Shown here piece by piece: positions 44,232 to 56,546 of a stretch of 64,000 nucleotides of DNA. Within the stretch, counting starts at the first letter, position 1. Each line of letters opens with the position of its first letter. Location of the stretch: assembly GCA_038131935.1 (NCBI GenBank), contig JAYPQH010000018.1, forward strand, positions 1 through 64,000, in the 5' to 3' direction. This DNA comes from Alphaproteobacteria bacterium. GTDB taxonomy: Bacteria; Pseudomonadota; Alphaproteobacteria; UBA8317. Position numbers and translations under genes: made by a program. The notes beneath the pieces were generated by a model. The model had not been told where the DNA came from. It did no database searches and worked only from the letters and a program-made list of their open reading frames with translations.

Positions 44232-44806
44232 AGTCGTGCAAAAAGCAAATGATCTTGATGCATTCCATTGATACGCAAATAACTCCGCGCTAGCCCTTCC
44301 TGGATAAACCCACAGGCGGTAAGAAGCTTTCTTGAAGGTATGTTTTCTGGAAGCACCGCTGCCTCAATTCGTCTCAATCCCGCCTCATGATGAGCATAAC
44401 GGCATAATTCGCGCAATGCTTCGCGCATCAAACCTTGACCTTGACGCTGGCCATCCAACCAATAACCCACCATCCCTGTACCGGGTCGGCCTCGGTCTAG
44501 CGAAGAGAGCGTAATGCCGCCAATAAGATGTAGCTCTGGTTTTAAAAACAAAAACAAAGCCAATCCCTGTTGTTGGGCCCATAATTCCTGCGCATAGCGC
44601 ATACGGCGCCGGTATCCAGATCTTGCCAAGGCATCAGGTTGCCAGGTTGGTTCAACAGACTGCAACGCTGCCTTATTAGAACGACGCACCTGAACAAAAG
44701 ACGAAAAATCTTGTGGTTCTGGCATCCGCAATGTCAAACGCGAGGTATGCAAGGTTACAGGCTGGCGTCTGCCTGTGATGACATGGATGACATCGCGCAT
44801 ACTCAT
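44204..44806 (-). CDS. RimJ/RimL-family GNAT N-acetyltransferase
   Basis: VGYWL, GQGLM, RRIEAAVLPENIPS, EGLARSYLRING...DH. Confidence 0.9.
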   Translation of the reverse strand: MSMRDVIHVITGRRQPVTLHTSRLTLRMPEPQDFSSFVQVRRSNKAALQSVEPTWQPDALARSGYRRRMRYAQELWAQQQGLALFLFLKPELHLIGGITLSSLDRGRPGTGMVGYWLDGQRQGQGLMREALRELCRYAHHEAGLRRIEAAVLPENIPSRKLLTACGFIQEGLARSYLRINGMHQDHLLFARLHADPLMSE

Positions 44807-46068
44807 CCAAAGATAATCCGTTCTAACTGCGGCAAATGGCCTTCCGCTTTGGGTCCTAATAGATAACAGACCGGAGCATTATTTGCTGCCAACTGCTCAG
44901 CCATGGCTCTCATATCATTGATATTCAGGTGATCAATTGGTTCCAAAAGTTCACGGGGATGGCGCAAATCATCATGCCATTGTAACCTACGCGCTGCATA
45001 ATCCACCCTGTTGGCAGCATGCTCCCAATTCATCACCGCCGCAGACCTTGTTTGATTTTTGGCACGTGTGAGGTTGTCTTGAATAAAGTCGCCCTTGGCG
45101 ACCTGCTCCAAAATCATTCTCATCAAAGCTGTTGCCTCTAAAATGCGGTTAGGATGGGTGCTGACATAAAATCCCAATTGGCCTGTTTCGCGTAATCCAG
45201 CATAAAAGGCATAAACAGAATAGGCCAACCCACGCTCTTCTCGAATTTTTTGGAACAAAGGGGAGCTCATTCCACCCCCCATTAAATTCGCAAATACCTG
45301 CCATGACATGTATTGCTCACCTGCAAGACCTGAAACTGGTAATGTCCAAAGCAGATGGCTTTGAGCCGAACTATTTCGATCCGTGGCAGCAATGGCCGAT
45401 GCTGGTGACGCTGGGGGTTCATCATCGAGGTTTTGTTGCGTAGGCAATCTACCAAGAAACCGTTCAGCCAACTCTTCAACCGCATCATGCCTGTACCGAC
45501 CAGCAACAACCAACGCCATGCGACCGGGACGAACAAATCGTTCAAATATTCCTTTGACCTGGTCACGGTGATAGGCAGCCACCTGCTCAGGCTGACCCAA
45601 AGCACGGTGCCCCAAAGGCTGATTTGGAAAAGCTATATCATTGTGAAGGTCAAAAATAAGATCATCAGGAATATCTTCAGCTTGTGCAATTTCCTGCAGA
45701 ACCACATCGCGCTCTGTTTGAATATCAGCGTCGTCAAACACACTATTGCACAAAATATCTGAGAGTATTTCGATGAAGACAGGTAGATGTTCAGACAAAC
45801 CCCTAGCATGGTAAACGGTATGATCGCGCGCGGTATAGGCATTGATACTGCCACCTACATCTTCAATTGCTTGCGCAATTTGTAAGGCCGTGCGCTGATA
45901 TGTTCCCTTAAAAGCCATATGCTCTAAGAAATGCGCCAATCCCTCCTCAGCAGGAAACTCGTGACGTGTTCCCGCATACACAAAAATCGCAACATGCACA
46001 GATAATGCTTGCGCATCATGCTCACTGAGAACTTTCAAACCATTCGGTAAAATTGTAAAATCTGTCAT
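44803..46068 (-). CDS. M16-family zinc peptidase
   Basis: GLAHFLEHMAFKGT (HxxEH), GGGMSSPLFQKIREERGLAYSV. Confidence 0.93.
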   Translation of the reverse strand: MTDFTILPNGLKVLSEHDAQALSVHVAIFVYAGTRHEFPAEEGLAHFLEHMAFKGTYQRTALQIAQAIEDVGGSINAYTARDHTVYHARGLSEHLPVFIEILSDILCNSVFDDADIQTERDVVLQEIAQAEDIPDDLIFDLHNDIAFPNQPLGHRALGQPEQVAAYHRDQVKGIFERFVRPGRMALVVAGRYRHDAVEELAERFLGRLPTQQNLDDEPPASPASAIAATDRNSSAQSHLLWTLPVSGLAGEQYMSWQVFANLMGGGMSSPLFQKIREERGLAYSVYAFYAGLRETGQLGFYVSTHPNRILEATALMRMILEQVAKGDFIQDNLTRAKNQTRSAAVMNWEHAANRVDYAARRLQWHDDLRHPRELLEPIDHLNINDMRAMAEQLAANNAPVCYLLGPKAEGHLPQLERIIFG

Positions 46069-47468
46069 GAGACTCCGACATGTGAACGGATATGCTGTTT
46101 CACTTTATCAAGGTCAGCGGGTAATATGCTCTCACGTTCAGCTGCGCAGAGGCGTGCTTTTAGCCCTTCAGGCAGCGTTGGTGTGATCTGAATACTTTGA
46201 TGAACGGCCTCAGGAAACTTGGCTGGATGTGCACAAGCCAGGCACACATCTATGACATCACCGGATGGGGGTGCTGTGTAATGCGCATGCAAACCCGTAG
46301 CTGTATGGGGATCAATAACCAAACCTGTCTCATGATAAACCCTAGCAATGACATTACGAATGTCATCATCTTGCGCAGAACAGGCAGAAAACAACGATCG
46401 ATGTTCATGACGATTAAAATCCTCTGGCATATCAAATCCACCCTGTGCCAACGCTTGCATCAATCCCTTGGTGCGCTCAGCATCACGCCCCATGAACAGA
46501 TACATCAAGCGCTCAAAATTTGATGACACCTGAATGTCCATCGCGGGAGACAAGGTTTCGTGAACATGATTTGGCCTGTATTCACCAAGGTCAAAAACTC
46601 TCCTGATAATGTCATTGGCGTTTGTTGCAGCCACCAAACCAGCCATAGGTACGCCAATCGCATGAGCCACATAACCTGCAAATATATCACCAAAGTTACC
46701 AGTAGGGACAACATAGCGAAGCCGGCCTCCAAGACCATCCAACGCCATAGAGGTGGTCACATAATAAACAGCTTGAGCCATCACCCTTGCCCAGTTAATG
46801 GAATTCACACCAGACAAAGACATATCTTCTACGAATGAACGGTCTGAGAACATGTGCTTCACCAAAGCTTGGCAATCATCAAATGTTCCCTCAATCGCAA
46901 TAATATGAACATTATCTTCTTGTGCCGTTGTCATCTGTTGGCGCTGAACCTGAGATACACGTCCGTGAGGGTATAAAATGACCACATCAGCATGTTGCCG
47001 TCCACGAAATGCCTCTACAGCTGCAGCTCCTGTATCTCCTGACGTTGCACCTATGATGGTGGCCCTTCGTGCGTGGAGGGATAGCATTTTGTCAAATAAT
47101 CGACCAATGAATTGCATCGCAAGGTCTTTAAAAGCCAAGGTGGGACCATGATAGAGTTCCATCAAAAAAGCTTGTTGGGATAGCTGTGTCACAGGAACAA
47201 CGGCCTTATGGTCAAAGCCTTCATATGCTTGATGAGACAATTGGAGCATATCATCAAATGTAAGTGCATCACCAACAAAAGGGTGCATGACCCGAGCTGC
47301 CACCTCCGCATATTCTTTTCCACGAAGTTCTTGTAGCTTCAATGGATCAGCTTTTGGCCATGTTTGTGGCAGATACAAGCCTCCATCTGGTGCCAGTCCT
47401 TGAAACAAGACATCTGTAAAGGACACAGCGCTTGCACCACCTCGGGTGCTTTCATAACGCATCATCAT
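46065..47468 (-). CDS. thrC: Threonine synthase
   Basis: YESTRG, GLAPDGGLY, HGPTLAFKD, ATSGDTG, VPTGNFG, AHPAKF. Confidence 0.96.
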   Translation of the reverse strand: MMMRYESTRGGASAVSFTDVLFQGLAPDGGLYLPQTWPKADPLKLQELRGKEYAEVAARVMHPFVGDALTFDDMLQLSHQAYEGFDHKAVVPVTQLSQQAFLMELYHGPTLAFKDLAMQFIGRLFDKMLSLHARRATIIGATSGDTGAAAVEAFRGRQHADVVILYPHGRVSQVQRQQMTTAQEDNVHIIAIEGTFDDCQALVKHMFSDRSFVEDMSLSGVNSINWARVMAQAVYYVTTSMALDGLGGRLRYVVPTGNFGDIFAGYVAHAIGVPMAGLVAATNANDIIRRVFDLGEYRPNHVHETLSPAMDIQVSSNFERLMYLFMGRDAERTKGLMQALAQGGFDMPEDFNRHEHRSLFSACSAQDDDIRNVIARVYHETGLVIDPHTATGLHAHYTAPPSGDVIDVCLACAHPAKFPEAVHQSIQITPTLPEGLKARLCAAERESILPADLDKVKQHIRSHVGVS

Positions 47469-47518
47469 ACTCCCATCCCATCAATCTTTGCCTCTTCTAT
47501 CTGACTGCTCACATTTGG

Positions 47519-48182
47519 TCACCCCCGAAGGTTCCGCAGCCATATAATCATACAAAAAACCCCAACAATACCGAGTGCAAGCCAGGTCAGGGCATATTGC
47601 AAATGATTATTGGGAATCCCTCCAATGACCTCTTGGTAGGGACCGACGTTTGGTATTCAAACTGCCACGGTCTTTTTCTGCAGGTGCCAAAAGCTCAATA
47701 AAATCTGAACTTGTAGCACCCACCAACATACCATCTCGTGAAAACAATAGCCGTTCCTGTTCATCTGGTTGAGGGGTAAAAATAGAGGATTGCTGAGCAG
47801 GCCTTAAAAGACCAATGGACTGCACATACCATGGTTCTCTCTTTTGCCATTGATCCCACTGTTGATCGGGCACAAACCCCAAATCTACAGCCACCTTCTC
47901 TCCCTTTGAGGATATTAACAAACCAAACAATCGATAGCCGCGAACTTTGTCCAAAGTTACCAATTGCCGCCACACATTTTGGATTTCACCCTCTACTTTG
48001 ACGAATGCGAGAGGCTGAAGTGATGGCTTGTATTCCTCTAAAGGTAAAGACCAAGCCAATTGTAATTCCTTAAGAAGTTGCGACTTCCAATCAAGCCGTT
48101 GCCACTGCCAAAATGAGAGATAGAAACAGCCCAAGGTCACCACCAAGATAAACCCTATGAAACTAACCTGACGTGTTGTCAT
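47519..48182 (-). CDS. SURF1 cytochrome oxidase assembly protein (frameshift near 47620-47660)
   Basis: LSFWQWQRLDWK, VDLGFVP; IPNNHLQYALTW is in a shifted frame ending at TGA 47519. Confidence 0.88.
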
Positions 48183-48348
48183 CACCAAAGCATCCTATGC
48201 TCAGAAACACCTCTATTGCATCACAACCAAATCGATATTCACCATGAATATAACTATTGATTGCATTCATCGTTTAGGTGTTATCTCCAGAAATATTATG
48301 AAAATGCAGAACCAAATATCAAAAAGAAAAAGGCCTTTAAAAATCTAC

Positions 48349-48378
48349 AAAAGAAAAGCCCTTCCTCGCGGAAGGGCT
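48349..48378 (-). terminator. Intrinsic terminator downstream of coxC
   Basis: Hairpin AGCCCTTCC-N4-GGAAGGGCT followed on the minus strand by TTTCTTTT. Confidence 0.75.
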
Positions 48379-48440
48379 ATAGATTATTCACATATCAAAT
48401 CATGTCTTAACGCGCGAAGAAATTAACCTTCACCTGCAGC

Positions 48441-49274
48441 TTAATGCGCTGAATGCCCAGCACCCCAAACATATATGGCCGCAAATAAGAACAACCACAC
48501 AACATCCACAAAGTGCCAGTACCATGCTGCAGCTTCCAACCCGTTATGCTTTTTCGCAGAAAAATCACCTTGCGTGGAACGTATCAAACATACCAACAGG
48601 AACAATGTTCCGACAAACACGTGAAATCCGTGAAAGCCAGTAGCCATAAAGAAGGTTGCGCCGTAAATATTCTCGGAGAATGCGAATCCTGCCTCAGCAT
48701 ATTCGATAATTTGGAACGCCGAAAATAAAGCCCCAAGTAAAACGGTTAACGCAAGACCTTGCACCAAACCCTTACGCTCATCATGCATAATTGCATGGTG
48801 CGCCCAAGTAACCGTAACCCCAGAGAGCAATAGAATAACAGTGTTGGTCAGTGGCAAATGCCAAGGATTAAAGGTTTGCACACCTTCGGGAGGCCAAACA
48901 CCACCTGTATGTTCCAAACGCAAGAACTGCCTCGCTTCATCTGGGAAGAGACTTACGTCGAAATATGCCCAGAACCAAGCCACAAAGAACATAACTTCTG
49001 AAGCAATGAACAAGGTAATTCCGTAGCGTAAATGCATATTCACAACAGGGGTATGATCACCACCACGTGACTCTGACACCACATCGCGCCACCACCCAAA
49101 CATTGTGAAAAGAACACCCAAGAAACCGGCGATAAATAAGAAAGGACCGATTTCACCATGCAGCCAAAAGACCACACCGATCGCCATAATGAAGGCACTT
49201 ACGGAGCCTACAAATGGCCAAGGGCTTGGATTTACAAGATGATAATCATGTTGTTTTGCATGTGCGTCTGCCAT
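48441..49274 (-). CDS. ctaE: Cytochrome c oxidase subunit III
   Basis: HDYHLVNPSPWP, LFIASEVMFF, ATGFHGFHV, AAWYWHFVDVVW. Confidence 0.96.
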   Translation of the reverse strand: MADAHAKQHDYHLVNPSPWPFVGSVSAFIMAIGVVFWLHGEIGPFLFIAGFLGVLFTMFGWWRDVVSESRGGDHTPVVNMHLRYGITLFIASEVMFFVAWFWAYFDVSLFPDEARQFLRLEHTGGVWPPEGVQTFNPWHLPLTNTVILLLSGVTVTWAHHAIMHDERKGLVQGLALTVLLGALFSAFQIIEYAEAGFAFSENIYGATFFMATGFHGFHVFVGTLFLLVCLIRSTQGDFSAKKHNGLEAAAWYWHFVDVVWLFLFAAIYVWGAGHSAH

Positions 49275-49316
49275 GTTTTTTTTCACACCTCTGCTATTTT
49301 TTTCTATTATAACACA

Positions 49317-49871
49317 TCAAATTGTCTTTGCACCATTAGCCATCAGATGAACCCTCTGATGGGAAAAGGTATAAGACAAAGTAATTTCCGTCACATCATC
49401 TAAACTGGCGTCCTGCATAATATCTGGATCCACGAAGAATGATACTGGCATATCTACAGATTGCCCAGGATGCAATGTTTGTTCTGTAAAACAAAAACAT
49501 GCAATTTTGTTAAAATATGGACCAGCCTTATGGGGCGTTACATTGAAGGTGGCAGTCCCAATCATTTCGTTGTTCTGCATATTTTGTGCATGATAAAATG
49601 CCAAATGCTCTTCGCCCACGCGAACGTCCATTACAGTTTGTACTGCAGAAAATTTCCAACCCGCAGACTGGAGTGATTTTTCGGTATTTGCATCAAAACG
49701 GATTCTAATAACACGATCTGACGTCACACCTATTTGTGAAGCCTCAGCCCTCTGAATGGTACCACCATAACCTGTTACCTGGCAAAACAATTGATACAAT
49801 GGGACTGATGCATAGGCTAAACCTACCATCCCAACAATGACGCATGACAGCAGAAAAGCAGTCCGACGCAT
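49317..49871 (-). CDS. ctaG: Cytochrome c oxidase assembly protein Cox11/CtaG
   Basis: ASVPLYQLFCQVTGYGG, YFNKIACFCFTEQ, ITLSYTF. Confidence 0.95.
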   Translation of the reverse strand: MRRTAFLLSCVIVGMVGLAYASVPLYQLFCQVTGYGGTIQRAEASQIGVTSDRVIRIRFDANTEKSLQSAGWKFSAVQTVMDVRVGEEHLAFYHAQNMQNNEMIGTATFNVTPHKAGPYFNKIACFCFTEQTLHPGQSVDMPVSFFVDPDIMQDASLDDVTEITLSYTFSHQRVHLMANGAKTI

Positions 49872-49882
49872 AAACTGTCCCC

Positions 49883-50017
49883 TTATAAAGGTCTGTTGGC
49901 GATGTTACCGCCAAGTTTAACAATTGTTATAAAGAAGAATAAGGTCACAAGACCAACCAAGATTCCAAGAACAACCCAATTGCGACGTTGTCGTCTTTTC
50001 AAGAACTCAGAATCCAT
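49883..50017 (-). CDS. Small single-TM protein of the cox cluster (CoxF-like, 44 aa; not in the ORF track)
   Basis: Manual translation MDSEFLKRRQRRNWVVLGILVGLVTLFFFITIVKLGGNIANRPL, located between ctaB and ctaG. Confidence 0.75.
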   Translation of the reverse strand: MDSEFLKRRQRRNWVVLGILVGLVTLFFFITIVKLGGNIANRPL

Positions 50018-50924
50018 CAAACACACCATCAATCAAAAGGGCTGCAAACAAAACAAACAAATGGACAATTGAAACACCAAAACATTGTTTGGCACGTTTG
50101 ATCATGAGATCTGTATTACTCATGTAAAGCCTACCACATGACCAACAAAACCAAAGGCCAACGATGGCGGCAATCACCCCATACATATTTCCGGCCCAAC
50201 CAAAATACCATGGCAACAATCCAATCGGCCAAAGAAGCAAGGAATACAGCAAAATTTGCAACTTTGTATGCTGCTGCCCATGCACAATAGGCATCATGGG
50301 AACCCCAGCGGCCCTGTAGTCTTCCTCTTTAAACAAGGAAAGTGCCCAAAAATGGGGAGGTGTCCACATAAAAATAATAGCCACCATGACAATAGGTTCC
50401 CAAGAGAATTGCTGCGTAACACTCACCCAAGACACCAGAGGGGGCAACGCCCCTGCCAAACCACCAATAACAATATTTTGCGGCGTCGCTCTCTTCAACC
50501 AAACCGTGTAGACAACTGCGTAAAAGAAAATGGTAAATGCGAGTAACCCTGCACCCATCCAAGAAACATTCAGGCCAAGCATCAACACAGAGGCCACAGA
50601 CAAAGCAATTCCAAAGGATAAGGCGTCACCTGGGCGAACACGGCCAGAAGCAATGGGTCTTTGTGCTGTTCGCGACATCAAACGATCGATATCAACGTCA
50701 TAATACATATTCAGGGCGCCAGAGGCGCCAGCACCTATTGCAATACAAAGAATTGTGGTGAAGGCAAGGACGATATGAATGTCGCCATCTGCTCTTACAA
50801 GACCAACCAGCGCGGTAAAGATGACCAAGGACATCACGCGAGGCTTAAGTAGGAGCCAAAAATCATGGATATCCGTCACCGTGGCGTCAGTCTGATGCTC
50901 TCGTTCTAGTTGAATATCCGTCAT
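50007..50924 (-). CDS. ctaB: Protoheme IX farnesyltransferase
   Basis: LLKPRVMSLVIFT, DIDRLMSRT, WLKRATPQNIVIGG, WTPPHFWAL. Confidence 0.96.
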   Translation of the reverse strand: MTDIQLEREHQTDATVTDIHDFWLLLKPRVMSLVIFTALVGLVRADGDIHIVLAFTTILCIAIGAGASGALNMYYDVDIDRLMSRTAQRPIASGRVRPGDALSFGIALSVASVLMLGLNVSWMGAGLLAFTIFFYAVVYTVWLKRATPQNIVIGGLAGALPPLVSWVSVTQQFSWEPIVMVAIIFMWTPPHFWALSLFKEEDYRAAGVPMMPIVHGQQHTKLQILLYSLLLWPIGLLPWYFGWAGNMYGVIAAIVGLWFCWSCGRLYMSNTDLMIKRAKQCFGVSIVHLFVLFAALLIDGVFDGF

Positions 50925-50957
50925 ATTTTTGAAACCATCCACAGCTTTTGAAGAGTA

Positions 50958-50984
50958 AGACCGACGTTCAAAGAAAGTCGGTCT
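50958..50984. terminator. Stem-loop between the subunit I gene and ctaB
   Basis: AGACCGAC-N11-GTCGGTCT. Confidence 0.45.
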
Positions 50985-51009
50985 ATATATTTTGACAATT
51001 CAACAACCC

Positions 51010-52617
<1,608 letters not shown>

Positions 52618-52635
52618 TTATCTCCTTTGGAAAAT

Positions 52636-53478
52636 TTACTTGCTGTTTGCTGCAAGCTTGGGAGTGGCATCCGCATCTAGCCGAGCCAACAAGGCTTTCG
52701 CCTGATCGATATCTTCTGACGCCGCAGCAGCCCACTGTTCGTATACATCTTGTGAAACCACCTTTACCATAATCGGCATAAAGGCATGACGCACCCCACA
52801 CAACTCAGAACATTGCCCGTAATACAGGCCTTCTTTCTCGGCGCGGAACCATGTCTCGTTCAAACGGCCTGGAACGGCGTCCATTTTGATGCCAAAGGCA
52901 GGCATTGCCCAGTTGTGAATCACATCCTGCGCCGTCACCAAAACTTTCACGTTGGTATTTACAGGGACGACCATGGCATAGTCCGTGGCCAAAAGAGCGG
53001 GAAGACCAGCTTTCTTTGCTTCATCCCGCTCGAGCATGATCGCATCAAAAGCGATATTTTGGTCAGGGTATTCATAACCCCAATACCACTGATATCCGAT
53101 CGCTTTTACCGTAAGGTCTGCTTCTGGAATCCGATCTTGAAAATACAACAAGCGCAGAGATGGAACAGAAATAACCACAAGGATCAAAATGGGAACAACC
53201 GTCCAAATAACCTCAATGGTGGTGTTGTGGCTAAACCGAGATGGGTTTGGATTGGATTGCCTGTTGTAACGTATGACGACCCATGCAAGCAAAACAAAAA
53301 CAAGCACAACAATAGCCGTTATGATCGGCAGCATCAAATTATGAAACGCGTTGATGTCTTCCATAACAGGCGTCGCTGCCGCCTGGAAATTTAATTGCCA
53401 ATTCTCAGGTTGTCCGGCGTAGGCAAGGCTACCAAAGCCCATTACCATCCCCGAGGTCAAAAGCCTCATCATGCTCAA
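52636..53478 (-). CDS. ctaC: Cytochrome c oxidase subunit II
   Basis: IEVIWT, GYQWYWGYEY, DVIH, CuA motif GQCSELCGVRHAFM. Confidence 0.97.
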   Translation of the reverse strand: MSMMRLLTSGMVMGFGSLAYAGQPENWQLNFQAAATPVMEDINAFHNLMLPIITAIVVLVFVLLAWVVIRYNRQSNPNPSRFSHNTTIEVIWTVVPILILVVISVPSLRLLYFQDRIPEADLTVKAIGYQWYWGYEYPDQNIAFDAIMLERDEAKKAGLPALLATDYAMVVPVNTNVKVLVTAQDVIHNWAMPAFGIKMDAVPGRLNETWFRAEKEGLYYGQCSELCGVRHAFMPIMVKVVSQDVYEQWAAAASEDIDQAKALLARLDADATPKLAANSK

Positions 53479-53697
53479 CTCCTAAATTACACCTCTGGTT
53501 TGTATTTACCACGTAATAAAAGTATTTCACCCTGTTCTGTCAATCACGACTTATGGTCACACCAGGAAGAAAATTCACCAACCTGATGACACAGATGCCT
53601 TTTCATCCTATTTGATGAGTATACCTAAACAAAAAAGCTTAAAGAAATTTATTGTAAAGCGTTGCTTTTCATGGCGTCTGTAGGAGTTCTTTTTATT

Positions 53698-55104
53698 ATG
53701 TCTGTGTTTACTATTCTCGATTCTGACATTGTCCAAGATAACACCAAAGATGTATTTCTGCGTTCAGATGATGGAGAAATTTATGCAGAGGCCACCGAAA
53801 AAAGAATAGTAGGCATCGATGATGGCCGCATCACCACGGCTACGAGATCTTCAGAAAAAGGCTTTGGTCTTCGCGTTGTGAGTGGTGACCGTGTAGGATT
53901 TGCCCATTCCGACAATTTGGACAGGCAAGCTATGAAGCGCGCCGCTGAGGCGGTAAAAGTAGCCACAGGTTCACAGAATGTATCCCAGCCCCAAGCGGTT
54001 CCAAAAACCAACCATGACCTCTACAAGGCTGTGAATCCTCTTGAACTCTCACAATTCGCCGATGAGGTTGCGTTTTTAGAGGCCGTCGATGCCTATTGCC
54101 GCAATAAAGATGAGCGCGTGGGCCAAGTGAAAGCACATGTTGCGCTGGTACATCAGCAGGTTGAAATTTACCGGCCTGAGGGAGATATCGCACGTGATAT
54201 ACGCCCTTTGGTCCGGGTTGATGTAAGCGTCATCATGGATCATCATGGCCGAAGAGAAATGGGGCATTATGGCTATGGTGGCCGACAAAGCCCAGATCAG
54301 TTTTTAACAAAAGAGCAATGGCAAAAAGCGGCAGATGAGGCCATCCGCCAAGCAAAAGTCAATTTGGAAGCCATCGATGCTCCAGCAGGCGATATGGAGG
54401 TGGTACTCGGTGCTGGTTGGCCAGGTATTCTTCTTCACGAAGCCGTAGGTCATGGGTTGGAGGGAGATTTCAACCGCAAGAAAACGTCGGCTTTCTCTGG
54501 ACTTATGGGCAAGCAGGTCGCCGCACGAGGGGTGACAGTGATAGATGATGGCACGATTGCAAACCGACGTGGCTCTTTGAATATTGATGATGAAGGGACC
54601 CCAACCCAGCGTAACATACTTATCGAAGATGGCATTCTTGTTGGATATATGCAGGATCGCATGAATGCACGATTGATGAATGTTGCCCCCACGGGCAATG
54701 GAAGACGTGAGAGCTATGCACACCAACCCATGCCCCGCATGACAAACACGTTCATGCTGGGAGGCGACGCATCTCCCAATGATATCATCAGCTCAATGAA
54801 AAAGGGCATATATGCAGTGAGTTTTGGCGGAGGTCAGGTGGATATTACCTCAGGTAAGTTCGTGTTTTCCTGCACAGAAGCCTATCTCGTCGAAAATGGC
54901 GAAATCAAAGCCCCTGTAAAAGGGGCAACATTGATTGGAAATGGCCCAGAATCCCTGCATGAGATATCAATGATCGGCAATGACATGACCCTAGACAGTG
55001 GTATTGGAACATGTGGCAAGGCGGGACAAGGGGTACCTGTCGGTGTTGGACAACCCACCATTAAACTTGACCACATGACAGTTGGTGGAACGGAGATGGC
55101 ATAG
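53698..55104 (+). CDS. tldD: Metalloprotease TldD
   Basis: GILLHEAVGHGLEGDFNRK, PMPRMTNT, GTCGKAGQGVPVGVGQPT. Confidence 0.96.
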   Translation: MSVFTILDSDIVQDNTKDVFLRSDDGEIYAEATEKRIVGIDDGRITTATRSSEKGFGLRVVSGDRVGFAHSDNLDRQAMKRAAEAVKVATGSQNVSQPQAVPKTNHDLYKAVNPLELSQFADEVAFLEAVDAYCRNKDERVGQVKAHVALVHQQVEIYRPEGDIARDIRPLVRVDVSVIMDHHGRREMGHYGYGGRQSPDQFLTKEQWQKAADEAIRQAKVNLEAIDAPAGDMEVVLGAGWPGILLHEAVGHGLEGDFNRKKTSAFSGLMGKQVAARGVTVIDDGTIANRRGSLNIDDEGTPTQRNILIEDGILVGYMQDRMNARLMNVAPTGNGRRESYAHQPMPRMTNTFMLGGDASPNDIISSMKKGIYAVSFGGGQVDITSGKFVFSCTEAYLVENGEIKAPVKGATLIGNGPESLHEISMIGNDMTLDSGIGTCGKAGQGVPVGVGQPTIKLDHMTVGGTEMA

Positions 55105-55106
55105 AA

Positions 55107-56453
55107 TTAGTAGGATTGATCCATAAAAATTTGTCGAATAGAGGCCTCTGATCCCTCCCACTGATCACGAAGCCGATCAGCAACTGACCGTCCAGATTGT
55201 GCTATGCCTTCGAGAAATTCTACAAAAACTTCTTCTGATTGCCCAACATCATTCAACCTTCCGCGACGGCGCAGACCCTGGGCTGCAAGATGCACCATTT
55301 GCTGTGCCAATTCTTGAACCGAAACACCATCGACAACCGCTGACAAACCATCTTGGGGCACAATTTGTGCACAGGTTTGCCAAAAAGAAGAATCCCTCTC
55401 CATAACCCATTCATGAGCCTCGCGAAGACTTTCTTGATCATAGAGAAGCCCCACCCATAACGCAGGCAAAGCACATAGAGCATCAAGACGGCCCGAATCA
55501 GCACCTCGCATTTCAATGTACGTTTTCAGACGCACGTCTGGAAACAATGTAGATACATGGTCTGCCCAGTCGGACATGGTTGGACGCTCACCAGGCAAAA
55601 CAGAGAGTTTGCCATCTAAAAAATCACGGAACGAAAGCCCAGCACAATTTATGCTCTTACCCCCACGTTTAACAAAATACATCGGCGTATTCAGAGCATA
55701 TTCGGTGTAGGCGGCGTAACCAAAATCATCCTGAAAAGCACCAGGAACGAAACCTGAACGTGCATTGTCGGTATCCATCCACATATGCGCCCGATTAGAG
55801 CGATATCCATTAGGCTTGCCATCTAAAAAAGGCGAATTGGCAAACAAAGCCGTTGCAACGGGCTGCAATGCCAAAGCCGTCTGAAACTTCATGATACAAT
55901 CTTGTTCTGATGCATAATCAAGATTCGCTTGTACCGTGCATGTTCTATGCATCATATCAAGCCCAAGGGTGCCGACTTTTGTCATGTACGCACGCATGAT
56001 GGCATAGCGCTGTGTGGGAACCTTGGGAAGATCTGAAATCTTTGCAAAGGGATGAAATCCCATGCCAACAAAATTCACCCCCCAATCTGCAGTGATATCA
56101 GCAAGTTCTTGATGATGCTTATAAATTTCTTTGTATGTCTCGTGAATCGTTGCAAGTGGAGCGCCTGACAGCTCAATCTGCCCACCAGGCTCTAACGTTA
56201 ATGACCGTCCATCCTCGGCATAAGCCGCCATCGGGTGACCATCTTCACGGTCAACCCGCCACCCTCGTTGCTCGAGTATCTCCATCAAACGGGTAATGGA
56301 ATAAGGCCCTTCATACGGCAGCGGGGTTTGATCCGTGCGAAAAAATGGGAATTTTTCATGTTCAGTCCCTACTTTCCATTGATGTTTAGGCTTTTCGCCT
56401 GAACGAAAATAGGAGATCAAATCATCCTTATCTTCTATAAACGGTGCACCCAT
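55107..56453 (-). CDS. gshA: Glutamate-cysteine ligase (alphaproteobacterial/plant type)
   Basis: VGTEHEKF, LEPGGQIELSGAP, RTCTVQANLD, LKTYIEMRGAD. Confidence 0.93.
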   Translation of the reverse strand: MGAPFIEDKDDLISYFRSGEKPKHQWKVGTEHEKFPFFRTDQTPLPYEGPYSITRLMEILEQRGWRVDREDGHPMAAYAEDGRSLTLEPGGQIELSGAPLATIHETYKEIYKHHQELADITADWGVNFVGMGFHPFAKISDLPKVPTQRYAIMRAYMTKVGTLGLDMMHRTCTVQANLDYASEQDCIMKFQTALALQPVATALFANSPFLDGKPNGYRSNRAHMWMDTDNARSGFVPGAFQDDFGYAAYTEYALNTPMYFVKRGGKSINCAGLSFRDFLDGKLSVLPGERPTMSDWADHVSTLFPDVRLKTYIEMRGADSGRLDALCALPALWVGLLYDQESLREAHEWVMERDSSFWQTCAQIVPQDGLSAVVDGVSVQELAQQMVHLAAQGLRRRGRLNDVGQSEEVFVEFLEGIAQSGRSVADRLRDQWEGSEASIRQIFMDQSY

Positions 56454-56546
56454 CTGCAGCCTCCGGACTAATCTGTGATTACCATCGTTAGTGTATTGCG
56501 ACCATACAGCGCAATAAGAAGAAACATGGTATGTGAAGAATTTTTG

